Part shown: positions 1 through 18,754 of the stretch, in pieces
How positions within the stretch are numbered: position 1 is the first letter of the stretch
How the letters are laid out: every line of letters starts with the position of its first letter
From: Macrostomum lignano
Lineage: Eukaryota
Assembly (NCBI GenBank): GCA_002269645.1
Contig: NIVC01000084.1
Coordinates: 868,001 to 932,000, forward strand
Direction of reading: 5' to 3'
DNA length: 64,000 bases
Notes under the pieces: model-generated
Database searches by the model: none
The model's input: the letters and a program-made list of their open reading frames with translations, nothing else
What the model was told of the DNA's origin: nothing
Translations under genes and position numbers: made by a program

Positions 1-406
1 CGCGTGTTAAAGTTTGATAGTTTTCTTCCAACATTTTAAACAGAAAGTTGCCCTGCTCTGACTTTGCAACTATCTTTGCTAATCCGAACTCAATGACGTC
101 ATTTTGCGTCATCAGCGGAATCGCTTATAGAATTTGTTTACGGATAACTTTTTTGCGCAGTAAAGGCTCGTTGTTCTCTAAGCTGTGCCAAACCGACTTC
201 TTTCGCCCACGTGATCAGGAAGAGTGCGCCGTAATTGCTATATTTGGAGGCTCTGGTGAACTGCGATGACATCGAAACAAGGAACTTTGTTAATTTGCGT
301 TGGTGCGAACTCTGTTGGCTGATCCTTGCTGCATAAACAATAAAATAAACCTGCAGTGCTCTTCACAGCGTTTTGTCGACGTTACATTTAAATACATCGA
401 GCTAAT

Positions 407-1118
<712 letters not shown>

Positions 1119-1614
1119 TCCCTCAGCACTCGGCAACCGCCCACGCAAAAGCAAAGGTTAGCTAGTGGACTAACAGAAATGATCAACAACTTTTGCCCCT
1201 AAATTTCCTACTCCCAAGATCGTGGAAAGTCAGGCCAATCGACCATCAGCCAAACGTTGATCCGCCCACGCACAGATTTTAACTGAGACTTTTTAGTCAA
1301 TTTTTTAATAGCCCCACCAGTGAGTCAGCCGGCTTTTCAAGGTGTGGCATCGGGCCTGCAGTCTGTAAGCTTTCGCTGACTCACGCAAAACCGCTTGAAG
1401 GAATTTTGAGTAAAAAAATGTCCAAGCAGAAGTGAAGTGGCATCGCTGCATTAGTCATTTTGTACTCAACTTTAGTTGGAAGGGACAGTTAAAAAAAGTA
1501 AGAAAATGTGATATAACCAACCCAGCAAATCCATTGCTTACAAACCAAATTTATAATTTAGTTACATCAAATTTTTATACACGTAATTCCTTATACCTTT
1601 TTGGAGGCACGAAG

Positions 1615-2670
1615 ACTTAGCGCCCTCTTCTTCATCAAGGCGCCCCTTACTTTATCATGGCGCCCCTTCCCATGGCGCCCCTTCCCATGGCGCCCCTTCG
1701 TTCATCATGGCGCCTCTTCCTTCATCATGGCGCCCCTTCCTTCATCATGGCGCCCCTTCCTTTATCATGGCGCCCCTTCCTTCATCGAGGCATCCTTTCG
1801 TTCATCATGGCGCCGCTTCCTTCATCATGGCGCCCCTTCCTTCATCATGGCGCCCCTTCCTTCATCATGGCGCCCCTTCCCATGGCGCCCCTTCCTTCAT
1901 CATGGCGCCCCTTCCCATGGCGCCCCTTCCTTCATCATGGCGCCCCTTCCTTCATCATGGCGCCCCTTCCTTTATCATGGCGCCCCTTCCCATGGCGCCC
2001 CTTCGTTCATCATGGCGCCGCTTCCTTCATCATGGCGCCCCTTCCTTCATCATGGCGCCCCTTCCTTTATCATGGCGCCCCTTCCCATGGCGCCCCTTCC
2101 TTCATCATGGCGCCCCTTCCTTCATCATGGCGCCGCTTCCTTCATCATGGCGCCTTCTCCTCCCTCATCATTGCACCTTCTTCTTCATCATGGCGCCTCT
2201 TCCTTCATCATGGCGCCTCTTCCTTCATCATGGCGCCCCTTCCTTCATCATGGCGCCCCTTCCCATGGCGCCCCTTCCTTCATCATGGCGCCCCTTCCCA
2301 TGGCGCCCCTTCCTTCATCATGGCGCCCCTTCCTTCATCATGGCGCCCCTTCCTTCATCATGGCGCCCCTTCCTTTATCATGGCGCCCCTTCCCATGGCG
2401 CCCCTTCCTTCATCATGGCGCCCCTTCCTTCATCATGGCGCCGCTTCCTTCATCATGGCGCCTTCTCCTCCCTCATCATTGCACCTTCTTCTTCATCATG
2501 GCGCCTCTTCCTTCATCATGGCGCCTCTTCCTTCATCATGGCGCCTCTTCCTTCATCATGGCGCCTCTTCCTTCATCATGGTGCCTTTTTCTTCATCATG
2601 GCGCCTTTTCCTTCATCATTGCACCTTCTCCTTCATCATGGCGCCCTCTGCCTCGTCATGGCGCCCCTTC
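1615..2670. repeat. 20-bp minisatellite CTTCATCATGGCGCCCCTTC with 15-bp variant units
   Basis: Tandem units visible; the variant block CGCCTTCTCCTCCCTCATCATTGCACC recurs at 2151 and 2459 (about 308-bp higher-order period). Confidence 0.97.
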
Positions 2671-3589
2671 TTTCCTTCTTCAAAGCATTTTTTCAAAACA
2701 AAATAAATTTAAACCATTTTGTTTTTTAAAAGGCAGTGCATAGATTTCTGGAGTAGGTCAGTAGTCACACTATAATAAATAGATTAATGCTTAACACAGT
2801 ATAGCATGAAGAAGCACCTGATATCAGAAGCGCTTATTGTCAAAAAGTAAAACAAACAATGTAAAAATTCAACAATATTTCCCATATCAAAAAGCTATAG
2901 GAAATTTTGCGTTCGTCGAAACATTCTCGATTGTTCTCGAGGTAGAGAAATCTGAATAAACAAAGGCACAAAAATTGCAAGCAAACCGGTTAATATTTGA
3001 ATTTGCTCAATTGGATAATAAACGAAATTGTCGAAAACGAATAAACAAAATTTAATAAAAAGCCGTCTAAATTGTTATAACTTCCACTCGCTCGGCGAGA
3101 GAATTTCGGTCCGCTAAAAAGTTTTACAAGTGATGAGAATGAGTCACCCCACCCCATAGTTTGTCGGGGAAATCCCGCCGCCGCGTAAGAGGGTTCTCTG
3201 TTTCTAAAAATAGCACAGCATTACGGATTTTATACAAGTAGTAAAACAGGGAAACGGTGTTTTTTTAAAGTCGGAAATGAAATTCTTCCGACTTTGTCAC
3301 GTGCCTTTAAATAAAGGTTAGAAATGTTTAGTAAAATCAGGATACTAAAAATAAAGGCGCATGAGGTTCCACGTATATGGGTAGTTATTGCTAAATATTG
3401 TCCATACAAATTCAAGGCCAGTGAATTAGCGTCAATGCTTTAATTTAAATTGCTTTAAATTATCAACAAATTACCAATAATGAATGAATTGAATTGTTAA
3501 TCTATGCGCTGTCGCGTGGACAATGATGACGCTTGGATTGGCTTTTGGATCCAACACTTGACCGATTTTTTTTCGTTTTCAAGATCCGC

Positions 3590-3975
3590 TTGTAGATTTA
3601 CCCCTAGATCCGCCTCTAGATCCATCTCTAGATCCGCCTCTAGATCCATGAAGATATATAGAGGCAGATATCTAGGGGCAGATCTAGAGGCGGATCTAGA
3701 CTCTAGATATTTGTCTCTAGATACCCGCCCCTAGATATCTGCCCCTAGATATCTGCCTCTAGATACCCGCCCCTAGATATCTGTCACTAGATATCTACTT
3801 CTAGATTAGTCTATAGATCCGTCACTAGATCCGTCCCTTGATTCCCTCCTAGAGAGTTGCCCATAGATATCTGCCCTTAGATATTTGCCTCTAGATATCT
3901 GCACCTAGATATCTGCCCCTAGATTAGTCTCTAGATCCTCCTCTAGAACAGTTTTGTCTCTATAGATCCGCGCCT
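3590..3975. repeat. Degenerate 12-15-bp CTAGATATCTGCCC array with an internal inversion
   Basis: Many TCTAGA/CTAGAT cores; TCTAGATCCGCCTCTAGATC (about 3627-3646) is inverted as GATCTAGAGGCGGATCTAGA (3681-3700). Confidence 0.85.
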
Positions 3976-4088
3976 ATATCTCAGAAAAAGATGCAAGCAT
4001 AGATAAAGTTAAACTGTGCGCTGCTCACTATTTTACATAAATAAGCAAAGCGTTGAAAACTATAATACTAGTTGCCAGTTCGGCGAAG

Positions 4089-8108
<4,020 letters not shown>

Positions 8109-8761
8109 GATGGCAACTCAGTTAAATACAAGCTTAAATGTCGAGTTTGGCTTGCAGATTGAAATTTCAGAGTATTTATACGGGAGTTGCAGGGCCCAGA
8201 ACTGTAGGCAATGCACCCAATGACCCCTGGCCCTGTGTAGATTGGCTCCCTGGCTGCCTGGATACCTGTGTGGGCGTCGATTTCAAGGCCAATTAGAACT
8301 TAATGAAAGTCATGCAGAAACAGCTTCTTAATCTTATAGGTGTAATTTATGCATAATTATTTCTAAAGCTTTGCAATTGAGACTTTCTTTGCCAAATTTG
8401 GGTAGGTCAGTGCTGATGGGATGGGAGAAACCGCTACGGGAATCCCGCCTCTCGACGTACTTAGGAGGCGGGCGCCGCCCAGGCTAGGGATGTCGTGTTC
8501 GACTTCCATTGGACGCTAAAGCTGGTGAGCTAGTGAAGACATTGGGGGGGTAGGACTTCTTCCACTAACTGTTCTTCTTCTTTTACTGTTCGCTTTCTGC
8601 TTTTGCTTGAGGAAATTTCCCCCCACCGAAACAGGCCGCTGAGTTCATTGAGTGCAGGGAAGCTGGAAGGGAATTCTCCAGTTTGTCTGGCTGAGCTCCA
8701 ATTGAGGGAAAGTGACTGACTAGCAGTCTTGTTTTGGTGGGACTCATTTGCATTCAGATAG

Positions 8762-9251
<490 letters not shown>

Positions 9252-9789
9252 GCACATTTCAGCAGCAGACCAGACAGGAAATTCTCTGTTCGAGCAGCCT
9301 CCTTCTCGGCCCCGCCGACCCCATGCGGTTTTTCTGCCGTCTGCAATTTCCGGGGGGGGGAATTTATGAAGAATTCCAGAAAATTTCGTGTTCCTGAATT
9401 TCCGTTGCAAGAGCAGAAAAATTGAAGAACTTACTAACTGCATTGGCGGCTTGTCGCAATAAATTCTTAATAGCCGCTTTGTCGAGACAGGGCAAATGTA
9501 CTAATTATTAAATAAAAGTATTTTATAACATATTTTTGCACCTGAATTTATTGGCAACAAAGTCGGTGTTAACTGAACCAATTTCGTTTTTAGTGTTGCT
9601 ACATTGCATAGCTGAGTGGAAATGCTCGTATTATTGACTTTATTTGTGATACAATTCTTCAACAACTTGTAATTAATACGATTATGAATTTTATATGCTA
9701 CTCGTAATTTTTTATGGTGAACCGTTACAGCAACTAACTGGAGCTAGGGTTGACTTGAGTGCAATATAGCGGCATGTGTATTAATTATG

Positions 9790-10508
<719 letters not shown>

Positions 10509-10977
10509 TCGTATCGACGAAATTTTAACATAGTTATAACATATCTTAAAAATAAAAAAACAACTTTAAAATAGTTTCATCTGTATTTGACCCTTACGAG
10601 CACTGAAGCGTTATGCGAAGCAAAACTTATTGCAAGTGTATTTGCTAACATACTACTTACTCGGTTGCTGATAAGTAGGTGAGGTAAAATTTTGTGTAAT
10701 GAACAAGTAGTTTTAATAAAAATAGCCCTAAAACGAAGAAAACGTACGACCTAATTAAATTTCATAATTACTTTACAGGTTAGCTAAACAATGAAGTATG
10801 AAGTATGCAAAAACAATGAAAAAATAAAGCATAGCGTGAAGCTTCGCGTGAACAAAACACACCAATTAAAGATATACAGAAGATTAAGATTTTAAAAGGC
10901 GTCATAAACAATAAATAACGAGCTGTTAACAGATATAGGATGATAATTTTTAGTATATTTAGATGATAATTGAAAAA

Positions 10978-13900
10978 TTAATTCTTTACAGCTGGACTTG
11001 AAGCAGTTGATCGCTGCTGCTGTTGAAAGCTGCTCTCAAGACTTCTCAACCTGCTCATAATCTCCTTCATCTGAGTGCCGCCTACTGCCGCTGTGTCTGC
11101 AGCTGCGTTACTCAATGATTCTTGAAGCATGTTTTGTTGCTTCTGCTGCTGCTGTAGTCGCCGCTGTTGCTCGTGATGCCTCTGGAACTGGGCCATCAGC
11201 TGGGCTTTCTCAGTTTCGTTTGTTCTCAGTCGAGCTTCCGTGGCATGCAATCGAAGCCGAGTCTCTGACAGTTCGCGCTGCAGCTTCATCAGTTCGGACT
11301 CGTATTGTACAGGTGTTCTCTGCTGCTGGATGGCATTAGTTGTCTTTTGTTGTTGTTGCTGCTGCTGCTGTTGCTTCACTCTGTGCAATAGAATCAACAA
11401 ATAGCCGTAAAGTATGTAGTTTCTATATTCAAAATTTCAATGCATTCGCTATTGTGCTACTTTTTCCAGTTCAGTAGTAGTGTAAAAGTTTTTAGGGTTT
11501 AAGTTAGTTTTAACTATTAGTCCTAATGAAAGCCGTTATTAGCACTCGATAACTAGTGCCGCTATTTTAGCACTCGATAATTAGTGCCGCTATTTTAGCA
11601 CTCGATAATTAGTGCCGCTATCTTAGCACTCGATAACTAGTGCCACTATTTTAGCACTCGATAATTAGTGCCACTATTTTAGCACTCGATAATTAGTGCG
11701 GCTATTTTAGCACTCGATAATTAGTGCCGCTATTTTAGCACTCGATAATTAGTGCCGCTATTTTAGCACTCGATAATTAGTGCCGCTATCTTAGCACTCG
11801 ATAACTAGTGCCACTATTTTAGCACTCGATAATTAGTGCCACTATTTTAGCACTCGATAATTAGTGCGGCTATTTTAGCACTCGATAATTAGTGCCGCTA
11901 TTTTAGCACTCGATAATTAGTGCCGCTATTTTAGCACTCGATAATTAGTGCCGCTATCTTAGCACTCGATAATTAGTGCCACTATTTTAGCACTCGATAA
12001 TTAGTGCGGCTATTTTAGCACTCGATAATTAGTGCGGCTATTTTAGCACTCGATAATTAGTGCCACTATTTTAGCACTCGATAACTAGTGCCACTATTTT
12101 AGCACTCGATAACTAGTGCCACTATTTTAGCACTCGATAACTAGTGCCACTATTTTAGCACTCGATAATTAGTGCCACTATTTTAGCACTCGATAATTAG
12201 TGCTAATATTTTAGCACCCTATAATTGGTGCCACTATTTTAGCACCCTATAATTGGTGCCACTATTTTAGCACCCTATAATTGGTGCCACTATTTTAGCA
12301 CCCTATAATTGGTGCCACTATTTTAGCACTCGATAATTAGTGCTACTATTTTAGCACCCTATAATTGGTGCCACTATTTTAGCACTCGATAATTAGTGCT
12401 ACTATTTTAGCACCCTATAATTGGTGCCACTATTTTAGCACCCTATAATTGGTGCCACTATTTTAGCACCCTATAATTGGTGCCACTATTTTAGCACTCT
12501 ATAATTGGTGCCACTATTTTAGCACTCTATAATTGGTGCCACTATTTTAGCACCCTATAATTGGTGCCACTATTTTAGCACCCTATAATTGGTGCCACTA
12601 TTTTAGCACCCTATAATTGGTGCCACTATTTTAGCACCCTATAATTGGTGCCACTATTTTAGCACTCGATAATTAGTGCTACTATTTTAGCACCCTATAA
12701 TTGGTGCCACTATTTTAGCACTCTATAATTGGTGCCACTATTTTAGCACCCTATAATTGGTGCCACTATTTTAGCACCCTATAATTGGTGCCACTATTTT
12801 AGCACCCTATAATTGGTGCCACTATTTTAGCACCCTATAATTGGTGCCACTATTTTAGCACTCTATAATTGGTGCCACTATTTTAGCACTCTATAATTGG
12901 TGCCACTATTTTAGCACCCTATAATTGGTGCCACTATTTTAGCACCCTATAATTGGTGCCACTATTTTAGCACCCTATAATTGGTGCCACTTTTTTAGCA
13001 CTCTATAATTGGTGCCACTATTTTAGCACTCTATAATTGGTGCCACTATTTTAGCACCCTATAATTGGTGCCACTATTTTAGCACCCTATAATTGGTGCC
13101 ACTATTTTAGCACCCTATAATTGGTGCCACTATTTTAGCACTCTATAATTGGTGCCACTATTTTAGCACTCTATAATTGGTGCCACTATTTTAGCACCCT
13201 ATAATTGGTGCCACTATTTTAGCACCCTATAATTGGTGCCACTATTTTAGCACCCTATAATTGGTGCCACTATTTTAGCACTCGATAATTGGTGCCACTA
13301 TTTTAGCACCCTATAATTGGTGCCAATACCGTTACTGAATGAGAAGATGCGAGTAGTGGAGACTGACGCTCAAACCTCTTACCGAACTCCCATTCGCACC
13401 CTGCCAGACCCGTCGGCGGCAGCAGCACTGGATGTATTCGCCGGTCCCAAAGATCGCGACTTCATCTTGACTTCGTCCGCCAGTTGTCGATCAGCTGCCG
13501 TTCTGCCGCTGAAACGCGACGAAGCATCGGGCAGGTAGGATCTGGTCATCCTGTCCAAGTTCGACGCCGGCGGAGTCGGTGGCGGCGGCGGCAGCAGTCC
13601 GCGTTCGAACGAGGCCTCCGAGCTGGCCAGATTCGACGACGATGTCGTGGAGCCTCGGTGCAACAAGTCGTCAGCGTCCAACTCGTCCTCGTATTCGCCT
13701 TCCTGACTGCTCTGGCGAGCTGCAACCTCTGCCCCGGTGGTGGCAGCTGCCGTGGCGACCTTCTGATAAGTCGGGTTGTAGAACTGCACCGGCGAGTCGG
13801 CTGTGCGCGCCGACGCGACCGTCGCTCCGGAGGCAGCCGTCGGGGTGAAGCTCTGGTAGCCGCTACTGCTGCCCGTCGTAAAGCTCTGAGCCTCTTCAAC

Positions 13901-16900
13901 TATTCGCTTCCAATCGTCTTGGAGCTGCTGCTGCTGCTGCGGCGGTGGCGGTTGCGAAGGCGAAGAACAATCGCTGACATTGCTGTACACCCAAGACTGA
14001 TCGTCATTCGACTGTCGGGCAGAATCCACGGCGTGCACAACTCCGTCTGTCAATAAGCAGCGATCAACGGTGGCCAATTCTTTGACCAGCTGGGTGAGAA
14101 TGGCGGGCGATGGCTCGCCAGCCGCCAAGAAGTCGCTAGCGGACAGCATGGAGTGCAGCTGGGCGAGCTCGTACCCGACATCGATGAGGATGCCTCTGCC
14201 AGAGAGGTGCGGCATCGCTGCTGCCTGCTGCTGCTGCGAGTGCCTCGGCGCCGGACGCGACGCCGCTCGCAGGAACAGCCGCATCTGGGCGAAGTTTCTT
14301 TCCAGGAATCCGTTCAGAAACTGCAGATGCGGCTCCTTGGATCCGAAGGAGCTTCCGGCACTGCTGCCTCCGTTGCCGCCTGCGCAACCGTTGGCAAGGT
14401 TCTGTACAGCCTTGGCAACCAGCGTGAGCGCGCGACTTGCTCGGGCGTCGGGCAGCTCGTCGCACAGGCCGAAAAGCGACGGGCCGAGGATCGCCGGGCA
14501 GATGAGGCGCAGGAAGAGGCTGGCGCCTACCAGAGTATCGCCGAGCTGCTGCCTGCTCGCCTCCGCCAGTCGCTGGCGCATCAGAGCGAACAGCCGCGGC
14601 ACCTCCGGCGGCAGAAGCTCGGCCGAAGCTCGAATCCGCAGCCAGAACAGCTCCACCAGGGACAGCAGGTTGCGCTGGCCCGAAGCCAACTGGTCGGCGC
14701 TGAGCGCTCGCTGAGGATCGACTTCGTAGGACAAGCTGACGCCGGGGTTTGGCGTCAGCAGGACCGACAGCGGCTCAGTCAGCACCGACTTCAGGTAGGT
14801 CTGACAGGTGAGTCGCAGGAAAAATTCTACAGCCTTCGTTGCGACGCTGTTTCCGCGAAATATCGACGCCTCTGAGGTGCCGCCGACGCTGCTGATGTTC
14901 ACCTCCGACATGCACAGGTCGACCAGGAGGTTCTCGGCGTTGCCAATGGCGTGAGCGAGAGACACCAGTCTGGCCGCCAGTTCCTCCTTCGCTCGGAGCG
15001 GCAATCGAGACTCCAAAGCCGAGGCCAGGGCCAGAGTCTGCTGCGTTGCCAGGTGCCTCAGGCCGGCATAGCAACGCAACGGTAGAACGTCGACGCTAAG
15101 AAAGTGCGCACGAAGGCGAATTGACGTCGAAGCGACTGATTGCTGGGACGATCTGCTCTGCTGCAGCTGCAGGGGAAACCAACGCTCTGCGGCTGTTCGA
15201 AGCTCTTGGGGGTCGAGTTGAACTTCTCCGACAAGTTCGCCGACTGCAGCTGAGCTGCCAGCGCCACCAACGCCTCGACGAAGTCGAAGCTGTTGTTGCT
15301 GTTGCTGCTGTTGCAGCTTTTTCTTCTTCCTATCGTTGGTTTCTCGGAAAAGACGGATGCTGATCAGAGCGACGTCTTGCAGATTGCTGGGGTGATGTTG
15401 AAGAGGCGGGACGGTCGGTGATGAGATTTTCGAATTTTTACTGAGATTTTCGAATTTTTACTGAGATTTTCGAATTTTTACTGAGATTTGACGATTTAAA
15501 CTTGAGATTGTAAGATTTTGACTTCAGATTTTAAGATTTTGACTTGAGATTTTGAGCTGTAAACTTAAGATTTTGACATTATGGCTTGATATTTTGAGAT
15601 TTAGACTTGAGATTTTAGACTTGAGATTTTGAGATGTAGACTTGAGATTTTGGTATTTAGACTTGGGATCTTCAGATTTAGACATGCGATTTTGAGATTA
15701 TGGCTTGAGATTTTGAGAATATGGCTGGTGATTGTGAGATTTTGGCTTGCGAATTTGAGATTATGGCTGGGGTTTTGAGATGTAGACTAGAGATTTTGAT
15801 ATTCAGACATGAGACTTTAAAATATATAATTGAAATCTAACTGGAATTATAGATGAGTAATATCACCATCCAGGACTCAAGATATGCAAATGGCAGACTC
15901 ACTTAAATTCGAATTTCTCTCCCCAGAACGGATCCGCATCTGAGGTTTTCTCTTTGCTAGTTGTTCTGGCAAAAAGAATGTGGTCCAGGTAGATTTCGCA
16001 GTAGTATCTGCAATTGAACAGAGGTTTTGTTAGTTTGATGGACACATCTATTTGTATCGAAGGTTTCAGCGCTAATTTAGCGCCAAAAAAGATTTTAGCG
16101 CCAATTTAGCGCCAAAAACGATTTTAGAGCCGAGTTAGTGCCAAAGAAAAGATTTTAGCGCCAATTTAGCGCCAAAAAGATTTTAGCACCGAATTAGCAC
16201 CAAAAAATGATTTTAGCGCCAAAAAAGATTTTAGCGCCGAGTTAGCGCCATATGAAAGATATTAGCGCCAATTTAGCGCCAAAAACGATTTTAGAGCCGA
16301 GTTAGCGCCAAAGGAAAGATTTTAGCGCCAATTTAGCGCCAAAAACGATTTTAGAGCCGAGTTAGCGCCAAAGGAAAGATTTTAGCGCCGATTTAGCACC
16401 AAAAAATGATTTTAGCGCCAAAAAAGATTTTAGCGCCGAGTTAGCGCCATATGAAAGATATTAGCGCCGATTTAGCACCAAAGAAATGATTTTAGCGCCA
16501 AAGGAAAGAATTTAGCGCCGATTTAGCACCAAAAAATGATTTTAGCGCCAAAAAAGATTTTAGCGCCGATTTAGCACCAAAAAATAATTTTAGCGCCAAA
16601 AAAGATTTTAGCGCCGATTTAGCACCAAAGAAATGATTTTAGCGCCAAAAAAGATTTTAGCGCCGATTTAGCACCAAAGAAATGATTTTAGCGTCAATTT
16701 AGTGCCAAAAACGATTTTAGAGCCGAGTTAGCGCCAAAGGGAAGATTTTAGCACCAATTAAGCGCCGAAAGAAAAGCTTTAGCGCCAATTTAATTGCTCG
16801 TTCGGTTAAAATTAATTCCAGAAGAACTACTGTACGTTAAACAGTTGCAACCCTGTTCGATCTCAAATTTCACCTTTTCTTGGACGCTGATGGCAGCTTT

Positions 16901-18465
16901 TTGACTTCGAATAGCCATAATTTTAGGGAATTCTCGCGATGCCTGAGATTCTCCAAGTCGGGCCTGTTGATCTTCGATAGTCTGGAAAATGAGAGAAATA
17001 TTCAGATTGAAAATATGCTTTATTATTTGTGTTAAATAACTAATTGACGGCAATTCCCTACGTCACTGGTCCACTGGTGATGTCAGTTCGAATTGGCATC
17101 GAGTGCCTTCTGGTATCGCGACTGCTTCCCCGGAATGAAGCTTGCATTCGAACAAAAAAGGTCATTGCCTACGATTGGCAATACTTCTAGCAAAGAAGAA
17201 TTGGCTACAAACTATCAAATTTGCAAATCATGGCTGATTTTATCTCTTTTTTTGCTAATCTTTTTCTTGCTTTCTTTATTAGCTAAATATAAAAGCAGAG
17301 AACAGACAGACCAGAAGCTTTCTCTGGAACTGTCTCTCTCTCTCTCTCTCTGTCTCTCTCTGCTTGTACACGCTCACTGAATGTACATGTACAGGCACTT
17401 TCGCAAATGGGTGTGTGACTGTCTCTGCCGTAGCCACCTCTATACCCCTCTTCTCTCCTTTGCATACGAGAAAGCTAGCAAAAATAAGTTTGAACTGGTG
17501 GTTTCGCCAGTGCCCAGCAGCCCAAGTGTGTCTGTTGAGCTCGCGTGCTCACTAAAAGCAGGTCACTGAATGTCCATATTTGTATATAATCTAGCTTAGT
17601 TAGCGTAGTTAACCCCCACTAAACAAGTTCTGTTGGCTAAAACAATTCTGAGTTAGATAGATTCTCTTCAGTTGGATTTAAAAACTTATTCATTTTGTAA
17701 TTTGCTTTTTAGAAGCCGAAAAAGACGCTTCTCTGCTTTGTCTCCTTTGCTATATTAGGAATTAGTTAAATGCTTTAGGTAATTAGGCAGCGATTGATTA
17801 ATTTATTAGGTGATTAGGTAGTTAGGCAGCGATTGATTAGGTAATTAGGTGATTAGGTAATTAGGCAGCGATTAATTACGAGTATTTTTTAGGCAGCGCT
17901 TGATTAGGCAATTAGGCGGCGATTGATTTTAAGGTAATTAGACAGACAAAAATTATTTAGGTAATCAGTCAAAGGACGATTAGATAATTAGACGGGGACT
18001 GATTAGGTTATTAAGCAAATACTGATTAGATAATTAAGCTAGGAAGTTAAGCAATGATTAAAGAAGTAATTAGGCAACAATTACTAAGAGAATTAGTTGA
18101 TTTGTTAGAAAATTAAAGCCTTTTTTTATTTCTATATAAAATAAAAAAATAATAATTTCTAATTTAATTTCTACTAAAATGGTTTGTCGGTATGTGTGTG
18201 TGTGTGATTGTTTTTAGACGATCGTTTTATATTGCTAATAAACAAATTAGGAGTTATTAGTGAGTGCATTATGCGACTAACTAGCCAATTCGGTGGTTAA
18301 TTGAAGAATTAGGCGCTTTATTAGAGATTGAATTAGGCCTACCTGTCATCCTCTCGACTGGCCACGCAGAATGGCAGCGGTTTCTCGGGGTTCATCTTTC
18401 CCGCCAGGCGCAGCTGCTCCTCCTGCGACTGGGCACTGCGGGACGCCTCCTGCGAGCTGACAAGA

Positions 18466-18522
<57 letters not shown>

Positions 18523-18655
18523 CTGATTAATTGAATAATTGATTGATTGATTGACTGATTAATTGAATAATTGATTGATTGATTGACTGATTGATTGACT
18601 GATTAATTGATTGATTGATTGATAATAATTAGTTGGTTAGTTGATTGATTGATTG

Positions 18656-18754
<99 letters not shown>

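Noticed and set aside
48-269. 73-aa ORF at the window start
   Set aside because: Non-ATG start and no recognisable motif; may be a fragment of a gene outside the window but cannot be supported.
11537-13323. CRISPR-like appearance of palindromic 28-bp repeats
   Set aside because: Units are contiguous with no unique spacers, there are no cas genes, and the context is a spliceosomal intron.
13317-15363. Plus-strand and alternative-frame ORFs overlapping the large RasGAP exon
   Set aside because: Shadow ORFs of a GC-rich exon; only one minus frame carries C2 and GAP motifs.
16790-17053. ORF-track frame MPSISY...TIEDQQARL
   Set aside because: The real exon (16981-16874) uses a different frame that gives the SynGAP-type [12 protein letters not shown] motif and correct splice phases.
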